From sequence record DRR723986_1312: a stretch of DNA of 64,000 nucleotides; one strand, written 5' to 3'. Below, in pieces: positions 46,087 through 56,426 of this stretch. A model generated the notes under the pieces. The model was given only the letters and a program-made list of their open reading frames with translations, ran no database searches and had not been told where the DNA came from. How positions within the stretch are numbered: position 1 is the first letter of the stretch; each line of letters begins with the position of its first letter. Position numbers and translations under genes: made by a program.

Positions 46087-47976
46087 TTATTTCTTTACAA
46101 TCGGCAGCACAATCCTGCTCAGGCTCTTTCCACCATGATGAATCGAGTTAGTAGCGACGATTCCTTCAGTTTCGTCGTAGGTATTTCCACCAGTATTCAT
46201 ATTTCGGTCAAATCGTGGGAAGTTGGAACTGCTAACTTCGATGCGGATTCTATGACCTTTGTCGAAATAGTTTGAAGTACTCATTGGAGTCATTTTCACT
46301 TCGTACACCTCACCATCTTCCATCCAGACTTCTTTGTCGTAGCCTTCTCTGTAGCGAACACGCTGAATTGTTTCATCTAGATTATATGCTTTTCCGTCAG
46401 GATAGACGTCGATTAGCTTTATTGTCACATCAGTATCTTTGGCATCAGAAGATAGGTATAGGTAGGATTCAATAAAGCCTGAAACTTCAATTCCCTCTTC
46501 CAGCACATCCGAAGTATAAACCAAGATATCCTCACGTTTCTCCATCTCAGATTGATCTTTGGATCCTCCATTACCATCAATAGCATTTCCTGTACAGCAG
46601 ACGTTACCTCCATAAGATGTCACAGGATTCATTGGGTCATATTTGAAAGTGTCGGGATTATCTTTTTTAGGCTTTTTGGGAGTTAGTTTCCCATTTCCGT
46701 TGAGCGTATTGGCTTTCCCTTCGGAATCCAAATACATAGTAGTCATCACAGCATCTGCAGGAGGCCATACGTCTGAAGTTTGCCACTTATTTGCTCCCAT
46801 TGTGTAATACTGCACTCTTGGCATTTCCTCCATCACTTCAGATTTCTCTCCTTTTAGCCATACATCAAACCAAGCCGTGATGATCTCATCGTAATTCAAT
46901 CGGGCATCACCCACATTCAGATCGCCTACCATGGTGTTTTCAGAGGCTCTGGTGTAGGAACAGTGAAGCACAGGGGCGATCACGAGGTACTGATTATCTC
47001 TTGCCATTTGCGAAATGGCATTTTCGCGAGCATGATTGAATAGCGCGATGTTTGGACCAGCTGACACATCAAACCAAGATACAAACCAGAAACTCGGTTT
47101 GTCAAATGGCATATCATCGTGGTACAATCCACCTTCAAACCACTTGGGATCGTTTGGCTTGCGGGTGATCATCTCTTCGTAGATGCCCATTGGACCATTC
47201 TGATTTCTAATAATATCCTGAATAGGAAGATGTGCCAAAGCTTCTTTGGAATCAATTCTAGGGTACTCAGGAGACATGTCATAAAAACGCTGTAGTCTCA
47301 ACAAGTCTTTCTGCTCAATACCTTTTGGTAATCTTGGCGCCATTGGGTCATGCTGAACACCATAAAGCCAGTTTGTAAAAAGCATCTGACCAGCACCGCC
47401 GCGATACCAGTTTCCCTGCTCATAAAATTCACCTACCCGGCCAACACCTGCACCATAACCTTGGGGTACAAGCGCCGCCAATGCTGGATGATCTAAAGAA
47501 GCCACAGCCATTTGCCACTCAGCAGTGGAGGAGCAACCTAATGTTCCTATTTTGCCATTGCTCCAGTTTTGCTTGGACATCCACTCAAATGCATCGTATC
47601 CATCGGTCAATGGGACGCCAAGTATGTCCCAATCTCCTTCAGAAAAATACCTACCACGCTCATTTTGGACTACATATGCATAGCCTTTTTCTACCCATGA
47701 AAGGGCAGTCTGCATGGTGCGGGTATTCATTTCTCCATTTCCCCAGGTGTTAAAGTTGTAGGGAGTTCTAGAAAATACGATTGGGTATTTCCCTTCTCCT
47801 TTGGGGCGATAGATATCAGTAGCCAAGCGAACACCGTCTCGCATAGGCATCATGACTTTTTGGTCTACTATAGCGACTTCCTCAAGCTGATCGATGATGC
47901 TTTTTTCCTGAGAAAAAGCAACCGATACCAACAATACCATGAGGATAGTCAGGCAGAATTTGTGAAGGTTTTTCAT
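46087..47976 (-). CDS. CocE/NonD family hydrolase (peptidase S15-like)
   Basis: Signal peptide; [30 protein letters not shown] nucleophile and [10 protein letters not shown] motifs. Confidence 0.92.
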   Translation of the reverse strand: MKNLHKFCLTILMVLLVSVAFSQEKSIIDQLEEVAIVDQKVMMPMRDGVRLATDIYRPKGEGKYPIVFSRTPYNFNTWGNGEMNTRTMQTALSWVEKGYAYVVQNERGRYFSEGDWDILGVPLTDGYDAFEWMSKQNWSNGKIGTLGCSSTAEWQMAVASLDHPALAALVPQGYGAGVGRVGEFYEQGNWYRGGAGQMLFTNWLYGVQHDPMAPRLPKGIEQKDLLRLQRFYDMSPEYPRIDSKEALAHLPIQDIIRNQNGPMGIYEEMITRKPNDPKWFEGGLYHDDMPFDKPSFWFVSWFDVSAGPNIALFNHARENAISQMARDNQYLVIAPVLHCSYTRASENTMVGDLNVGDARLNYDEIITAWFDVWLKGEKSEVMEEMPRVQYYTMGANKWQTSDVWPPADAVMTTMYLDSEGKANTLNGNGKLTPKKPKKDNPDTFKYDPMNPVTSYGGNVCCTGNAIDGNGGSKDQSEMEKREDILVYTSDVLEEGIEVSGFIESYLYLSSDAKDTDVTIKLIDVYPDGKAYNLDETIQRVRYREGYDKEVWMEDGEVYEVKMTPMSTSNYFDKGHRIRIEVSSSNFPRFDRNMNTGGNTYDETEGIVATNSIHHGGKSLSRIVLPIVKK

Positions 47977-48275
47977 TTGTTTATAAAATTAATTTAAGTG
48001 AGGGCTAGGAACCATTAAAGACTTAGGAAAGCCAATTGATATGAACTTTATTTTGGTCAGATTTCATTTTTTCAGGGTTTTAGTTGACACCTAAGTTAGC
48101 AAAGCGCTTGAAAACAGGGTGAAATAATTGATGATTGGTTGATTTTGTAGATTGGAATTAATTGAAATTTAGCTCCCTCGGGTCAACGGTCAAGTAGCCA
48201 AAGACTTATAGCCGTACTTGCGAAATGAAATCCGGCTACTTCAGCTTTTGCACTTTTCATTTCATATAGAAAGGC

Positions 48276-48283
48276 TAAATTTG
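48276..48283 (+). promoter_or_regulatory. -7 element upstream of fahA
   Basis: TAAATTTG 21 bp before the start codon. Confidence 0.55.
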
Positions 48284-48304
48284 CACTCCTAACGATTTTT
48301 ACCA

Positions 48305-49573
48305 ATGAGCGACAGCCCAAGCAACGCCCTGACTACCTGGGTGGAAGTAGCAAAAAATTCAGATTTCACGATTTACAATCTTCCTTTTGGAGTCTTCAAA
48401 AACAAAAAGCTTAGTCCGCGTATCGGAATAGCAATAGGCGATAAGATTGTGGATCTAAGTATCCTTGATCAAGAGGGATTCTTTTCAGATATGTTTTTGC
48501 CTGAAGGGATTTTCTTAAGTGAATATCTTAATGACCTGATCGAACTCGGTAAAGTAACTACCAAAAAAATCAGAGAACGCGTTCAGGATTTGCTTGCTGC
48601 AGATAATGAAAAACTGAGAGACCATTCTGCAAGAGGAAAAGTAATGCTGAATCGGAAGGAAGCCACTATGCTGTTGCCAGTAAAAATCGGTGATTACACA
48701 GACTTTTATAGCAGCATGGAGCATGCTACCAATGTCGGTAAAATGTTTCGAGATCCAGAAAATGCATTATTGCCAAACTGGAAACATCTTCCTGTAGCAT
48801 ATCATGGTCGTGCTTCTTCTATTATTCCTTCAGGTGTGCCAGTAATCCGCCCAAAAGGACAAACTAAAGATCCTGAATCAAGTTCACCTGTTTTTGGACC
48901 TAGTAAAAAGTTAGACTTCGAACTAGAGTTGGCATTCATTACCGGTAAATCAACCAAGCTCGGAGACTCGGTTTCTACAGCAGATGCTGAGGATTATATT
49001 TTCGGCTTTGTATTGTTTAACGATTGGTCAGCTCGGGATATTCAAGCATGGGAATATGTGCCTTTAGGTCCATTTTTGGGAAAAAGCTTTGCATCCTCTG
49101 TCTCACCTTGGGTAGTTACTCTCGAAGCTCTAGAGCAATTCAAAGTGGAAAGTCCTGTGCAAGAACCTGAAGTCTTGGATTATTTGAAATGCGACCAATC
49201 CCATAGTTTCGATATACATTTAGAGGCTTATATCCAGCCAGAAGATGAGAAGAGCAGCAAGGTCTGTTCTTCCAATTTCATAAATATGTATTGGAATGTT
49301 GCCCAGCAATTGGCACATCATACAGTAAATGGATGTAATATCAACGTTGGCGATATGATCGCTTCTGGAACGATCTCAGGTCAGGAGCCAGATTCTTTTG
49401 GGTCAATGCTGGAGCTCTCCTGGAATGGGAAAAATGCAGTTAAGCTTGAATCCGGAACCGAACGAAAGTTTATCGAAGATGGTGATACAGTAATTATGAA
49501 AGGATTTGCAGAGAAAGATGGAGTGAGAGTGGGCTTTGGGGAACTCAAAGCAAAGGTTCTTCCAGCTAAGTAA
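48305..49573 (+). CDS. fahA: Fumarylacetoacetase
   Basis: NLPFG, DYTDFYS, YHGRASS, LDFELE, NDWSARDIQ and GSMLEL motifs. Confidence 0.96.
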   Translation: MSDSPSNALTTWVEVAKNSDFTIYNLPFGVFKNKKLSPRIGIAIGDKIVDLSILDQEGFFSDMFLPEGIFLSEYLNDLIELGKVTTKKIRERVQDLLAADNEKLRDHSARGKVMLNRKEATMLLPVKIGDYTDFYSSMEHATNVGKMFRDPENALLPNWKHLPVAYHGRASSIIPSGVPVIRPKGQTKDPESSSPVFGPSKKLDFELELAFITGKSTKLGDSVSTADAEDYIFGFVLFNDWSARDIQAWEYVPLGPFLGKSFASSVSPWVVTLEALEQFKVESPVQEPEVLDYLKCDQSHSFDIHLEAYIQPEDEKSSKVCSSNFINMYWNVAQQLAHHTVNGCNINVGDMIASGTISGQEPDSFGSMLELSWNGKNAVKLESGTERKFIEDGDTVIMKGFAEKDGVRVGFGELKAKVLPAK

Positions 49574-49593
49574 TTTGCAAAAAATAATAATCT

Positions 49594-49627
49594 AAAACCC
49601 TGGCTTAGTACAAGTCAGGGTTTTTTT
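49594..49627 (+). terminator. fahA terminator
   Basis: AAAACCCTGGCTT/AAGTCAGGGTTTT stem plus T-run. Confidence 0.8.
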
Positions 49628-49840
49628 GTGCGCTTTTCCCTATCATTTTACTGGTCAATGCTTAAATTTACTAAGAGATTGAATATCAGCGGATTGAACT
49701 AATTTTATCTGCTTGGGTATTCTAAGGTTCCCGTTATTGGCTTGATTTTTTTCAGAGCAGTGCGGGATTGTATTTTGATAATCGTCTCAATTTTTTAAGA
49801 GACAAACGCTTTTTTTCAAATTTCATAACAATTAAAAACA

Positions 49841-51343
49841 ATGGCTAAACTTAGAAATTTATCTATCACATCCCCGTTACTTTTTGCTTTACCCTTACGG
49901 AGTGAGTGGGCAGTAAACCCAATTGACATCAATAAATCAATTATGGGAGGAGACTGGGATGGAGCCGGAAGCCTCAAGTTCTCCCGAGGATTTGTGATGG
50001 CAAAAAATGATGCAAATTTCCTTTATCTCACCTTAGATGTGGTATCTGATACTGGAAATGATCCGAGTACGAACGATTACTTTTGGCTGTCTTTTGATAA
50101 CAACCGTGATCGTAATATTACTTCAGGTGTAGATGTGAATTATGGCTTGTACCCTGGTCAGCCAAACAAGCTAGGTAAGCAAAAATACCTTGGACCTGGC
50201 CAGTGGACTGGTTTACTTTCAGATCCATCCAATTCGGCCGTAGTGCAGGAATTTGGCGCTAGCCCCAACTCAGACGATTCCCATAGAATCTGGAAGTTTA
50301 GAATACAGCTCAGTGAGATCAATGTGGCGTTATCTTGGCCGCTCAGTACTCCATACACTTATTTTGGTTTCAGAGTGAAGTCCAGCAATCCTGGCTTTAC
50401 AACTGATTTTCCTGGTAATTTTTACAAGGATTTCACGAAACTTCGTCAGTTAATTCTTAGTAGAAAGCCGACAATTCCTGTAAAGGATTTGGGTCCTTTA
50501 GTAGGTAGTGTAGGTTTGATTCCAACTACCAAAATTTCTCCTACTACTGGTCGTGCAACAACAGATGCAGGATATTATCTAGCTGTGGAGAATGCTGCCT
50601 TTGGGGGTACTTTGAATTTGATAGGCAATCGTTCCAAGCTGCAGCAGCTCTATTCTGCAGGAAATAGAAAATACAAAGTGGAAATTGCTGGTCCGGGGGG
50701 AGGTTCGTACACCAAATTGATTAGCAATTGGTCGAATTATCGCTGGACAGGCTCAACTTATGCCTTGGAGTCTTTTGCTCCCAATTCATTTGGCTATTAT
50801 CAAATGGCAAATCCCGCAACTGACTACTCGATAGATGATTTACTGATTCAGTTTCCGACTTCTGGTTTATTACCGGGCTTATATAGCGTGAAAGTCACTT
50901 TTTATATAGGAACGAGTTACACAGAATTGGATTCGCAAGTGTTGAGGTTGTATATAGACAATCACGTGCCAGACGTAGTGATACAAAGTGTGAAGCATGG
51001 CAGCAGCGAAGTTTCTGCCTGTGCGATCGAAACAATAGGCGCTGCTCCAGATGGTTTGAATTTCCGAATTACTGCCAATGATCCCGAAGGGAATCTTAGA
51101 GGAGTTAGTTTCTATGCGACTTATGGTTCAGGGCTTTCTACCAGTATTTATAGCGAAAGCTATACTCCGGCAAAAGGAAACTGGACAGGCTTCGTTAATA
51201 AGGTGATTCCCGCATCCGGAAATTGGAGACCACCGCAATCCTGTGCATACAGCTTTGTACTTGCAGCAAGTGCGAGGACTACCAACGGCTATTCTTGGAT
51301 AGGACACAATAATACCCATCGCAACTTGACACTTTTGGTTTAA
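49841..51343 (+). CDS. Uncharacterised beta-rich protein (DOMON/CBM9-like N-terminus, Ig-like C-terminus)
   Basis: 500-aa ORF with its own terminator; DWDG...NDANFLYL...DYFWLSFD pattern; Gly/Ser/Thr/Tyr rich. Confidence 0.65.
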   Translation: MAKLRNLSITSPLLFALPLRSEWAVNPIDINKSIMGGDWDGAGSLKFSRGFVMAKNDANFLYLTLDVVSDTGNDPSTNDYFWLSFDNNRDRNITSGVDVNYGLYPGQPNKLGKQKYLGPGQWTGLLSDPSNSAVVQEFGASPNSDDSHRIWKFRIQLSEINVALSWPLSTPYTYFGFRVKSSNPGFTTDFPGNFYKDFTKLRQLILSRKPTIPVKDLGPLVGSVGLIPTTKISPTTGRATTDAGYYLAVENAAFGGTLNLIGNRSKLQQLYSAGNRKYKVEIAGPGGGSYTKLISNWSNYRWTGSTYALESFAPNSFGYYQMANPATDYSIDDLLIQFPTSGLLPGLYSVKVTFYIGTSYTELDSQVLRLYIDNHVPDVVIQSVKHGSSEVSACAIETIGAAPDGLNFRITANDPEGNLRGVSFYATYGSGLSTSIYSESYTPAKGNWTGFVNKVIPASGNWRPPQSCAYSFVLAASARTTNGYSWIGHNNTHRNLTLLV

Positions 51344-51372
51344 TTGGCTAAACATTAAATGGTTTCAACGCG

Positions 51373-51403
51373 AAAACCACTTCTATTAAGAAGTGGTTTT
51401 TTT
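51373..51403 (+). terminator. Terminator, probably bidirectional
   Basis: AAAACCACTTCT/AGAAGTGGTTTT stem plus T-run. Confidence 0.8.
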
Positions 51404-51448
51404 AATTTCATGTAAATACCAGAACATATGTCTAATCTTCTACAGGAA

Positions 51449-51565
51449 TCATTTTTTGTTGTTTTGGTTTTTGCGGGATAGGTTGAAGACCAAATAGCCG
51501 ATCCCAACAACAAAATGTAGGATCAGGATTCCGAAAATCAGGATTATTGTGGTATTTCCGTTCAT
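51449..51565 (-). CDS. 38-aa single-TM small protein (below ORF-track cutoff)
   Basis: Translated by hand: MNGNTTIILIFGILILHFVVGIGYLVFNLSRKNQNNKK; hydrophobic helix with basic tail. Confidence 0.65.
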   Translation of the reverse strand: MNGNTTIILIFGILILHFVVGIGYLVFNLSRKNQNNKK

Positions 51566-51613
51566 TGACTAATCTATGACAAGAGGTTTGTTGCCAATAA
51601 CTAAGTTTAGACT

Positions 51614-53137
51614 TTAATAAAGACTAACTCTGGTTTTCCAGTTTTGAAAATCAACTTCCATTTCCTTGGCAATTTCAGGTTGCAGTGTAATTATATTATT
51701 GGTTTCTGTTGGGTCACTATTAAGATTATACAATTCCCAGGGAGCATTTTTCCCATGGCTGACAAGTTTCCAGTCGCCTTTTCTCACGGCTTTGCCTACA
51801 GACCATTCCCAGAAAATAGGTTCTTTCCGTTGGGATTTTTCACCACGGATAGCGGGTAATAGGCTTTGTCCTTCAGCAGGCAAAATAGAATTTCCTTTGA
51901 ACTCATTTGGGTATTTAGCACCTGCGAGTTCGGCCAGGGTAGGGAGAATGTCGATTAGATGGGCTGGAAAAGAGTTGATTTCATTTTGATGTCCCAAGCC
52001 TTTTGGCCATGAGACGATCAAGGGAGTTTTAATCCCTCCTTCAAACGAATAGTTTTTAAAGAATCGAAGAGGAGTATTTCCAACATTTGCCCAATCTGCT
52101 CCAAGGGAAGTCCATTGTCCTACGGAACCGATTTCCCCGTTGCCGGGTATAGTTACTACTTCAGCTGAAGCGCCGTTGTCTGAAAGAAATAGAAAAACTG
52201 TATCATCTAGCTTACCTTGTGTTCTTAGCTTCTGGATTATTTCTCCGATTTTTTGATCCATTCGATCAATCATCGCTGCATATACTTCCATTTTCAGTTC
52301 TTCTACTTGTCGCACTGAATCTGAAAGAGATTCCCATGGCTCATATGTTGGGTCGCTTAGCGCATAGCTTTCATCTATGATACCTAGTTTTTTCTGCTTT
52401 TCAAATCGTTTTTTCCGGATAGCCTCATAGCCTTGTGCATATTTTCCTTTGTACTTCTCAATGTCTTCTGGCCAAGCCATTAGTGGATCATGCGGCGCTG
52501 TGTAAGCCAAATAAAGAAAAAATGGTTGCTTATCCTCTTTGTATTCGTCCAACCACTGCAAAGCATGCTTGGTGAAGTAATCGGTGGAATAATAATCTTG
52601 CGGCACTGAATAAGGCTGCATCAATTTCCTGTCATCGTAAAATGGGCGATCAGGTCTTTTTTGGGCAGGTTCTGGTTCATTCACACGCCGCGGGCCGGGA
52701 TTGAAATGGTTTGAAGCGCCTTCTTTCAATCCATAATACCTATCAAAACCCCGGTCCATTGGATGATCGTAGCCATGGTGTTTTCCCGCCCACAACGTTC
52801 TATATCCAGTTGACTGGAGAAGTTCTCCGGCTGTGATTCCATTTTTCAGAGGCTGAAGGTAAGTGGCGCCATAGCCAACCTGCTGAGCGTACAAGCCTGT
52901 AATCAATGCTGCTCTAGAAGGATTGCACTTTGATGTATTATACATTTGGGTGAATCGGATGCCTCTTTCTGCTAACCAGTCTAAATTTGGAGTTTCTACC
53001 TCACTTCCGTAGCATCCGATATCTGACCATCCTAAGTCATCTGCTAGAATCAGGACAATATTTGGCTTTTCTTGCTGAGCCTTTCCAACCAAAGGAATAA
53101 AGAGCCAAAGCAGCAAAATAAAAATTGGGTTTTTCAT
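51614..53137 (-). CDS. Arylsulfatase (Cys-type S1)
   Basis: Signal peptide; ADDLG, CNPSRAALITG, GKHH, APH and SDNG motifs. Confidence 0.92.
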   Translation of the reverse strand: MKNPIFILLLWLFIPLVGKAQQEKPNIVLILADDLGWSDIGCYGSEVETPNLDWLAERGIRFTQMYNTSKCNPSRAALITGLYAQQVGYGATYLQPLKNGITAGELLQSTGYRTLWAGKHHGYDHPMDRGFDRYYGLKEGASNHFNPGPRRVNEPEPAQKRPDRPFYDDRKLMQPYSVPQDYYSTDYFTKHALQWLDEYKEDKQPFFLYLAYTAPHDPLMAWPEDIEKYKGKYAQGYEAIRKKRFEKQKKLGIIDESYALSDPTYEPWESLSDSVRQVEELKMEVYAAMIDRMDQKIGEIIQKLRTQGKLDDTVFLFLSDNGASAEVVTIPGNGEIGSVGQWTSLGADWANVGNTPLRFFKNYSFEGGIKTPLIVSWPKGLGHQNEINSFPAHLIDILPTLAELAGAKYPNEFKGNSILPAEGQSLLPAIRGEKSQRKEPIFWEWSVGKAVRKGDWKLVSHGKNAPWELYNLNSDPTETNNIITLQPEIAKEMEVDFQNWKTRVSLY

Positions 53138-53238
53138 AATCAGGTTATCGTTTTCGGGACACCGATTAAATTACTAAAAACATCTGAAATGAGGAGTGGG
53201 TTATTATTGAGTTTTAAAAGCAGGATCCTCAAAACGAC

Positions 53239-53264
53239 AAAAGCCACCGATTAAGGTGGCTTTT
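53239..53264 (-). terminator. Terminator after sugar-phosphate isomerase gene
   Basis: AAAAGCCACC/GGTGGCTTTT inverted repeat. Confidence 0.7.
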
Positions 53265-53283
53265 AATTTATAAAAAGGGGGGA

Positions 53284-54195
53284 TTATTTGAATCCAATCT
53301 CTTCTAAACCTTGATGGCTGATTTTGATTGCTTCCAAAGGGTCTAAATCGAAAGTATTGTCCTGCTCTACTAAGTAGAACTCCATTCCTGATTTATCCTT
53401 CTCTGCCAAGATTCTCTTGAAATCTATCGTACCAGTTCCCACAGGAGCAAAGTTACCTTCTTCATTCATGTCTTTTACATGCCAAGCAATGAAGCGCCCT
53501 GGATACTTTTCAAAATAGGTTAGCGGGTCAACATCTGCCTTCGTTACCCAGAAAAGATCCATCTGAAAGTTTACAAATTCGGGATTACATTTCTCCAAAA
53601 GTAAATCTTCGATCACTGTTCCATCCTCCAAAGTTTTGAATTCAAAATCATGATTATGGTAAAGTAACTTGACGCCTGCATTTGAACACTTTTCGCCTAA
53701 GGTATTCATGATATTAACCAATTCTTCTGGTGTACCCTTCATGCCCATTCCATCTTTTCCGGAAGTAAACATGCCCATAGGAGGTACAGGAATGACAAAA
53801 TATTCTATTCCAGCAGCCTTTACGTCTGAAATCAATTGATCTGCATTCTCCAAATTAACCATGCCCATGTGCGCACTTTTCGCAGTCAGGCCAAGGGATT
53901 CTAAGTAGGATTTGAATTCAGTAGGGGTCATGCCGTAGAACTTCCCATCTGAATAATTAGCTGTTTCTACGTAAGCATAGCCGTTTTCTGCTACAGCTTT
54001 TAGCGTGCCTTTAGGGTCTTTCGACATAGCATCTCTCAATGTATAGAGAGCTAATCCACCAAAATTGGCTGATGCTAGTTGTGTTTCTTCCATTGTTTCT
54101 TCCACCTCTTCAGTTCCTGTTTTGCTGGAACATGCCGTGAAAGCAAGAGATAGAATGAGTAATAAGAGGATGCTTTGATTTACTTGTTTTTTCAT
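53284..54195 (-). CDS. Sugar phosphate isomerase/epimerase (xylose isomerase-like TIM barrel), lipoprotein
   Basis: Lipobox FTAC; LYTLR, YHNHDFEF, QMDLFW, HVKD, GTGTIDF and VEQD motifs; ATG 54195 preferred. Confidence 0.88.
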   Translation of the reverse strand: MKKQVNQSILLLLILSLAFTACSSKTGTEEVEETMEETQLASANFGGLALYTLRDAMSKDPKGTLKAVAENGYAYVETANYSDGKFYGMTPTEFKSYLESLGLTAKSAHMGMVNLENADQLISDVKAAGIEYFVIPVPPMGMFTSGKDGMGMKGTPEELVNIMNTLGEKCSNAGVKLLYHNHDFEFKTLEDGTVIEDLLLEKCNPEFVNFQMDLFWVTKADVDPLTYFEKYPGRFIAWHVKDMNEEGNFAPVGTGTIDFKRILAEKDKSGMEFYLVEQDNTFDLDPLEAIKISHQGLEEIGFK

Positions 54196-54354
54196 TTTTG
54201 AATAGGGGTTTTTCAAAGCTCAAGTTAGCTAATTCATATAAATATTGAAGATATTACTCAATTTACGTCCTCGGACTCGTGGGATTAAATAGGAAGTGAC
54301 TAAACAAAAAACTTTGAATACGTATTATATAGTAACACCAACTATCTTATTTTA

Positions 54355-55020
54355 ATGGCTTACGTTTCAAAACTAATTGATATCCAAAAACTAACACATG
54401 ATGTAAAGCAGTATAAAGTGGAGAAGCCCAAGGGCTATTCTTTTACTCCAGGTCAAGCAACTGAAGTAGCTATTAACAAACCAGAGTGGAAAAAGGAAAA
54501 GCGGCCATTTACATTTACTTCTTTGCCAGAGGATGATTATTTGCAATTTGTAATAAAATCCTACGCTGATCACGATGGGGTGACCAATCAACTCGACCGA
54601 TTAGTGGTAGGAGATGAGCTAATACTAGATGATTCCTGGGGAGCCATAAACTACAAGGGAAAGGGAGTATTTATAGCTGGAGGTGCTGGAGTTACCCCGT
54701 TTATCGCGATTATAAAGTCTTTGAAAGAAAAAGGAGAACTGTCTGGAAATCAACTTTTCTTTGCAAATAAGACTAAGCAGGATGTGATTTTGGAAAGCTA
54801 TTTCAGAGAGACGTTAGGGAAAGATTTTGTTTCTATTCTTGAAAAGGAAAGTGCTAGTGTTCATGAAAATGGTCTCATTGATGAAGCGTTTTTAAAGGAA
54901 CATGTACAGGACTATTCTCAGCACTTTTACGTTTGTGGACCTGATTCAATGGTGAAAGCTATAAGTGAGACTTTAGAGCAATTAGGAGCAAGTCCAGAAG
55001 CTATTACTTTCGAGAAATAA
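54355..55020 (+). CDS. FAD-binding oxidoreductase (ferredoxin/flavodoxin reductase family)
   Basis: PGQA, RPFT, AGGAGVTPF, YVCGP and terminal FE motifs. Confidence 0.9.
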   Translation: MAYVSKLIDIQKLTHDVKQYKVEKPKGYSFTPGQATEVAINKPEWKKEKRPFTFTSLPEDDYLQFVIKSYADHDGVTNQLDRLVVGDELILDDSWGAINYKGKGVFIAGGAGVTPFIAIIKSLKEKGELSGNQLFFANKTKQDVILESYFRETLGKDFVSILEKESASVHENGLIDEAFLKEHVQDYSQHFYVCGPDSMVKAISETLEQLGASPEAITFEK

Positions 55021-55028
55021 GTTTTCTG

Positions 55029-56288
55029 TTACTTCGGATCGTCATTTTTGCTCATACCTATTACCCTTTTCACTAAAGGTCCTATTGTTAAACCTTGTCC
55101 TATGATTGAGAAAACCACAATCACATAGGTCACGGTTAGGAAAAGTTCTCGCTCCATTTGCGGCTCAAGAGATAAAGCTAATGCGATGGAAATTCCACCT
55201 CGGATTCCGCCCCAAGTCATCATCAAGCCTGTTTTAGGGATAAAGTCCAGTTGCTTTCTGAAAATTGCCACTGGCCCTGCCAACGATAAATATCTTGCGA
55301 GAAGAGCTACTGGAATTGCGATTAGCCCTAGAGTTAGGTACTCCTCGCTTGCAGTAATAATCAGGAGCTCCAGACCGATTAATACAAAGAGGACTGCGTT
55401 TAGCAGCACATCGATCAACTCCCAGAATTTATCCACGTAGTTATGTGTGGTCTCAGACCAGGCAATGGTCGGAGATTTGTTTCCTATAAAAATCCCGGCT
55501 ACCACTACGGCCAGCGGACCCGATACATGAAGGTAATGTGCTAGCATAGATAGCCCCATCACCAGCGCTAACGTGATGATTACTTCGGTTTCGTAGTGAT
55601 CTATCACTTTCATCAATCTAAATGTCAACCAGCCTGCGACCAGACCTAAGCCAATTCCTCCAGCCACTTCTTCGAGAAAAAGTAATCCGACTTCGCTTGC
55701 ACTCACCGCACCGATTCCTTTCTGTGCTATTTTGAAAATCACTAGGAAAATAACCACACCCACGCCATCATTAAAAAGCGATTCGCCAACTATTTTGACT
55801 TCAAGTTTTTTAGGTGCATTGGCATCTTTAAGAATCCCCAAAACAGCAATAGGGTCCGTAGGAGAGATCAGAGCTCCAAACAATAGACAGTAGATGTAGT
55901 CGATTTCATGCCCAAAAAGAATGAAAACGTAGAACATCATGGTTCCCGCCAAAAAAGTGGAAATTAGCACACCGATAGTGGCAAAGACAGCAATCGGGGC
56001 TTTCATCGCTTTCAATGAATCCAGTTTGGTATGCAGCGCGCCAGCGAAAAGCAAAAAGCTCAGCATCACATCCAACAAAGCAGTTTCGAAGTCGATAGAA
56101 CCTATCAGCAACTCAGCTTCGTCGATGAAAAAGTGATTGATTTTACCTAAAATGGTGATGCCAAGTGTGAATACGATGGCAATAATCATCAAGCCAATCG
56201 TAAAAGGCAACTTCAGGAATTTAGTATTGATAAAGGCAAATACTGCTGATAGGACTATAAGAATGGTAATGATGCTAAAAATATCCAT
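55029..56288 (-). CDS. CPA1 family Na+/H+ antiporter (NhaP-like)
   Basis: LLFAGA, ISPTDPIAV, GESLFNDG and WGGIRGGIS motifs. Confidence 0.93.
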   Translation of the reverse strand: MDIFSIITILIVLSAVFAFINTKFLKLPFTIGLMIIAIVFTLGITILGKINHFFIDEAELLIGSIDFETALLDVMLSFLLFAGALHTKLDSLKAMKAPIAVFATIGVLISTFLAGTMMFYVFILFGHEIDYIYCLLFGALISPTDPIAVLGILKDANAPKKLEVKIVGESLFNDGVGVVIFLVIFKIAQKGIGAVSASEVGLLFLEEVAGGIGLGLVAGWLTFRLMKVIDHYETEVIITLALVMGLSMLAHYLHVSGPLAVVVAGIFIGNKSPTIAWSETTHNYVDKFWELIDVLLNAVLFVLIGLELLIITASEEYLTLGLIAIPVALLARYLSLAGPVAIFRKQLDFIPKTGLMMTWGGIRGGISIALALSLEPQMERELFLTVTYVIVVFSIIGQGLTIGPLVKRVIGMSKNDDPK

Positions 56289-56346
56289 TGACTAGAAGTG
56301 GTTTTGATGGCATTTGCCAAAATACAACCATTTTATTGATTGAGTC

Positions 56347-56384
56347 AAAAAAGTGCAGGGATCATTCCCAAGGAAGTCCCTGCA
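56347..56384 (-). terminator. Terminator of creD operon
   Basis: TGCAGGGA/TCCCTGCA stem followed by a T-run on the minus strand. Confidence 0.65.
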
Positions 56385-56426
56385 AGTATATGCATCTTCT
56401 GTTATTATTTTAATGGATATAACAAC

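Noticed and set aside
51614-54195. Arylsulfatase and isomerase as a second PUL
   Set aside because: No SusC/D or glycoside hydrolase nearby, and a terminator separates the two genes.
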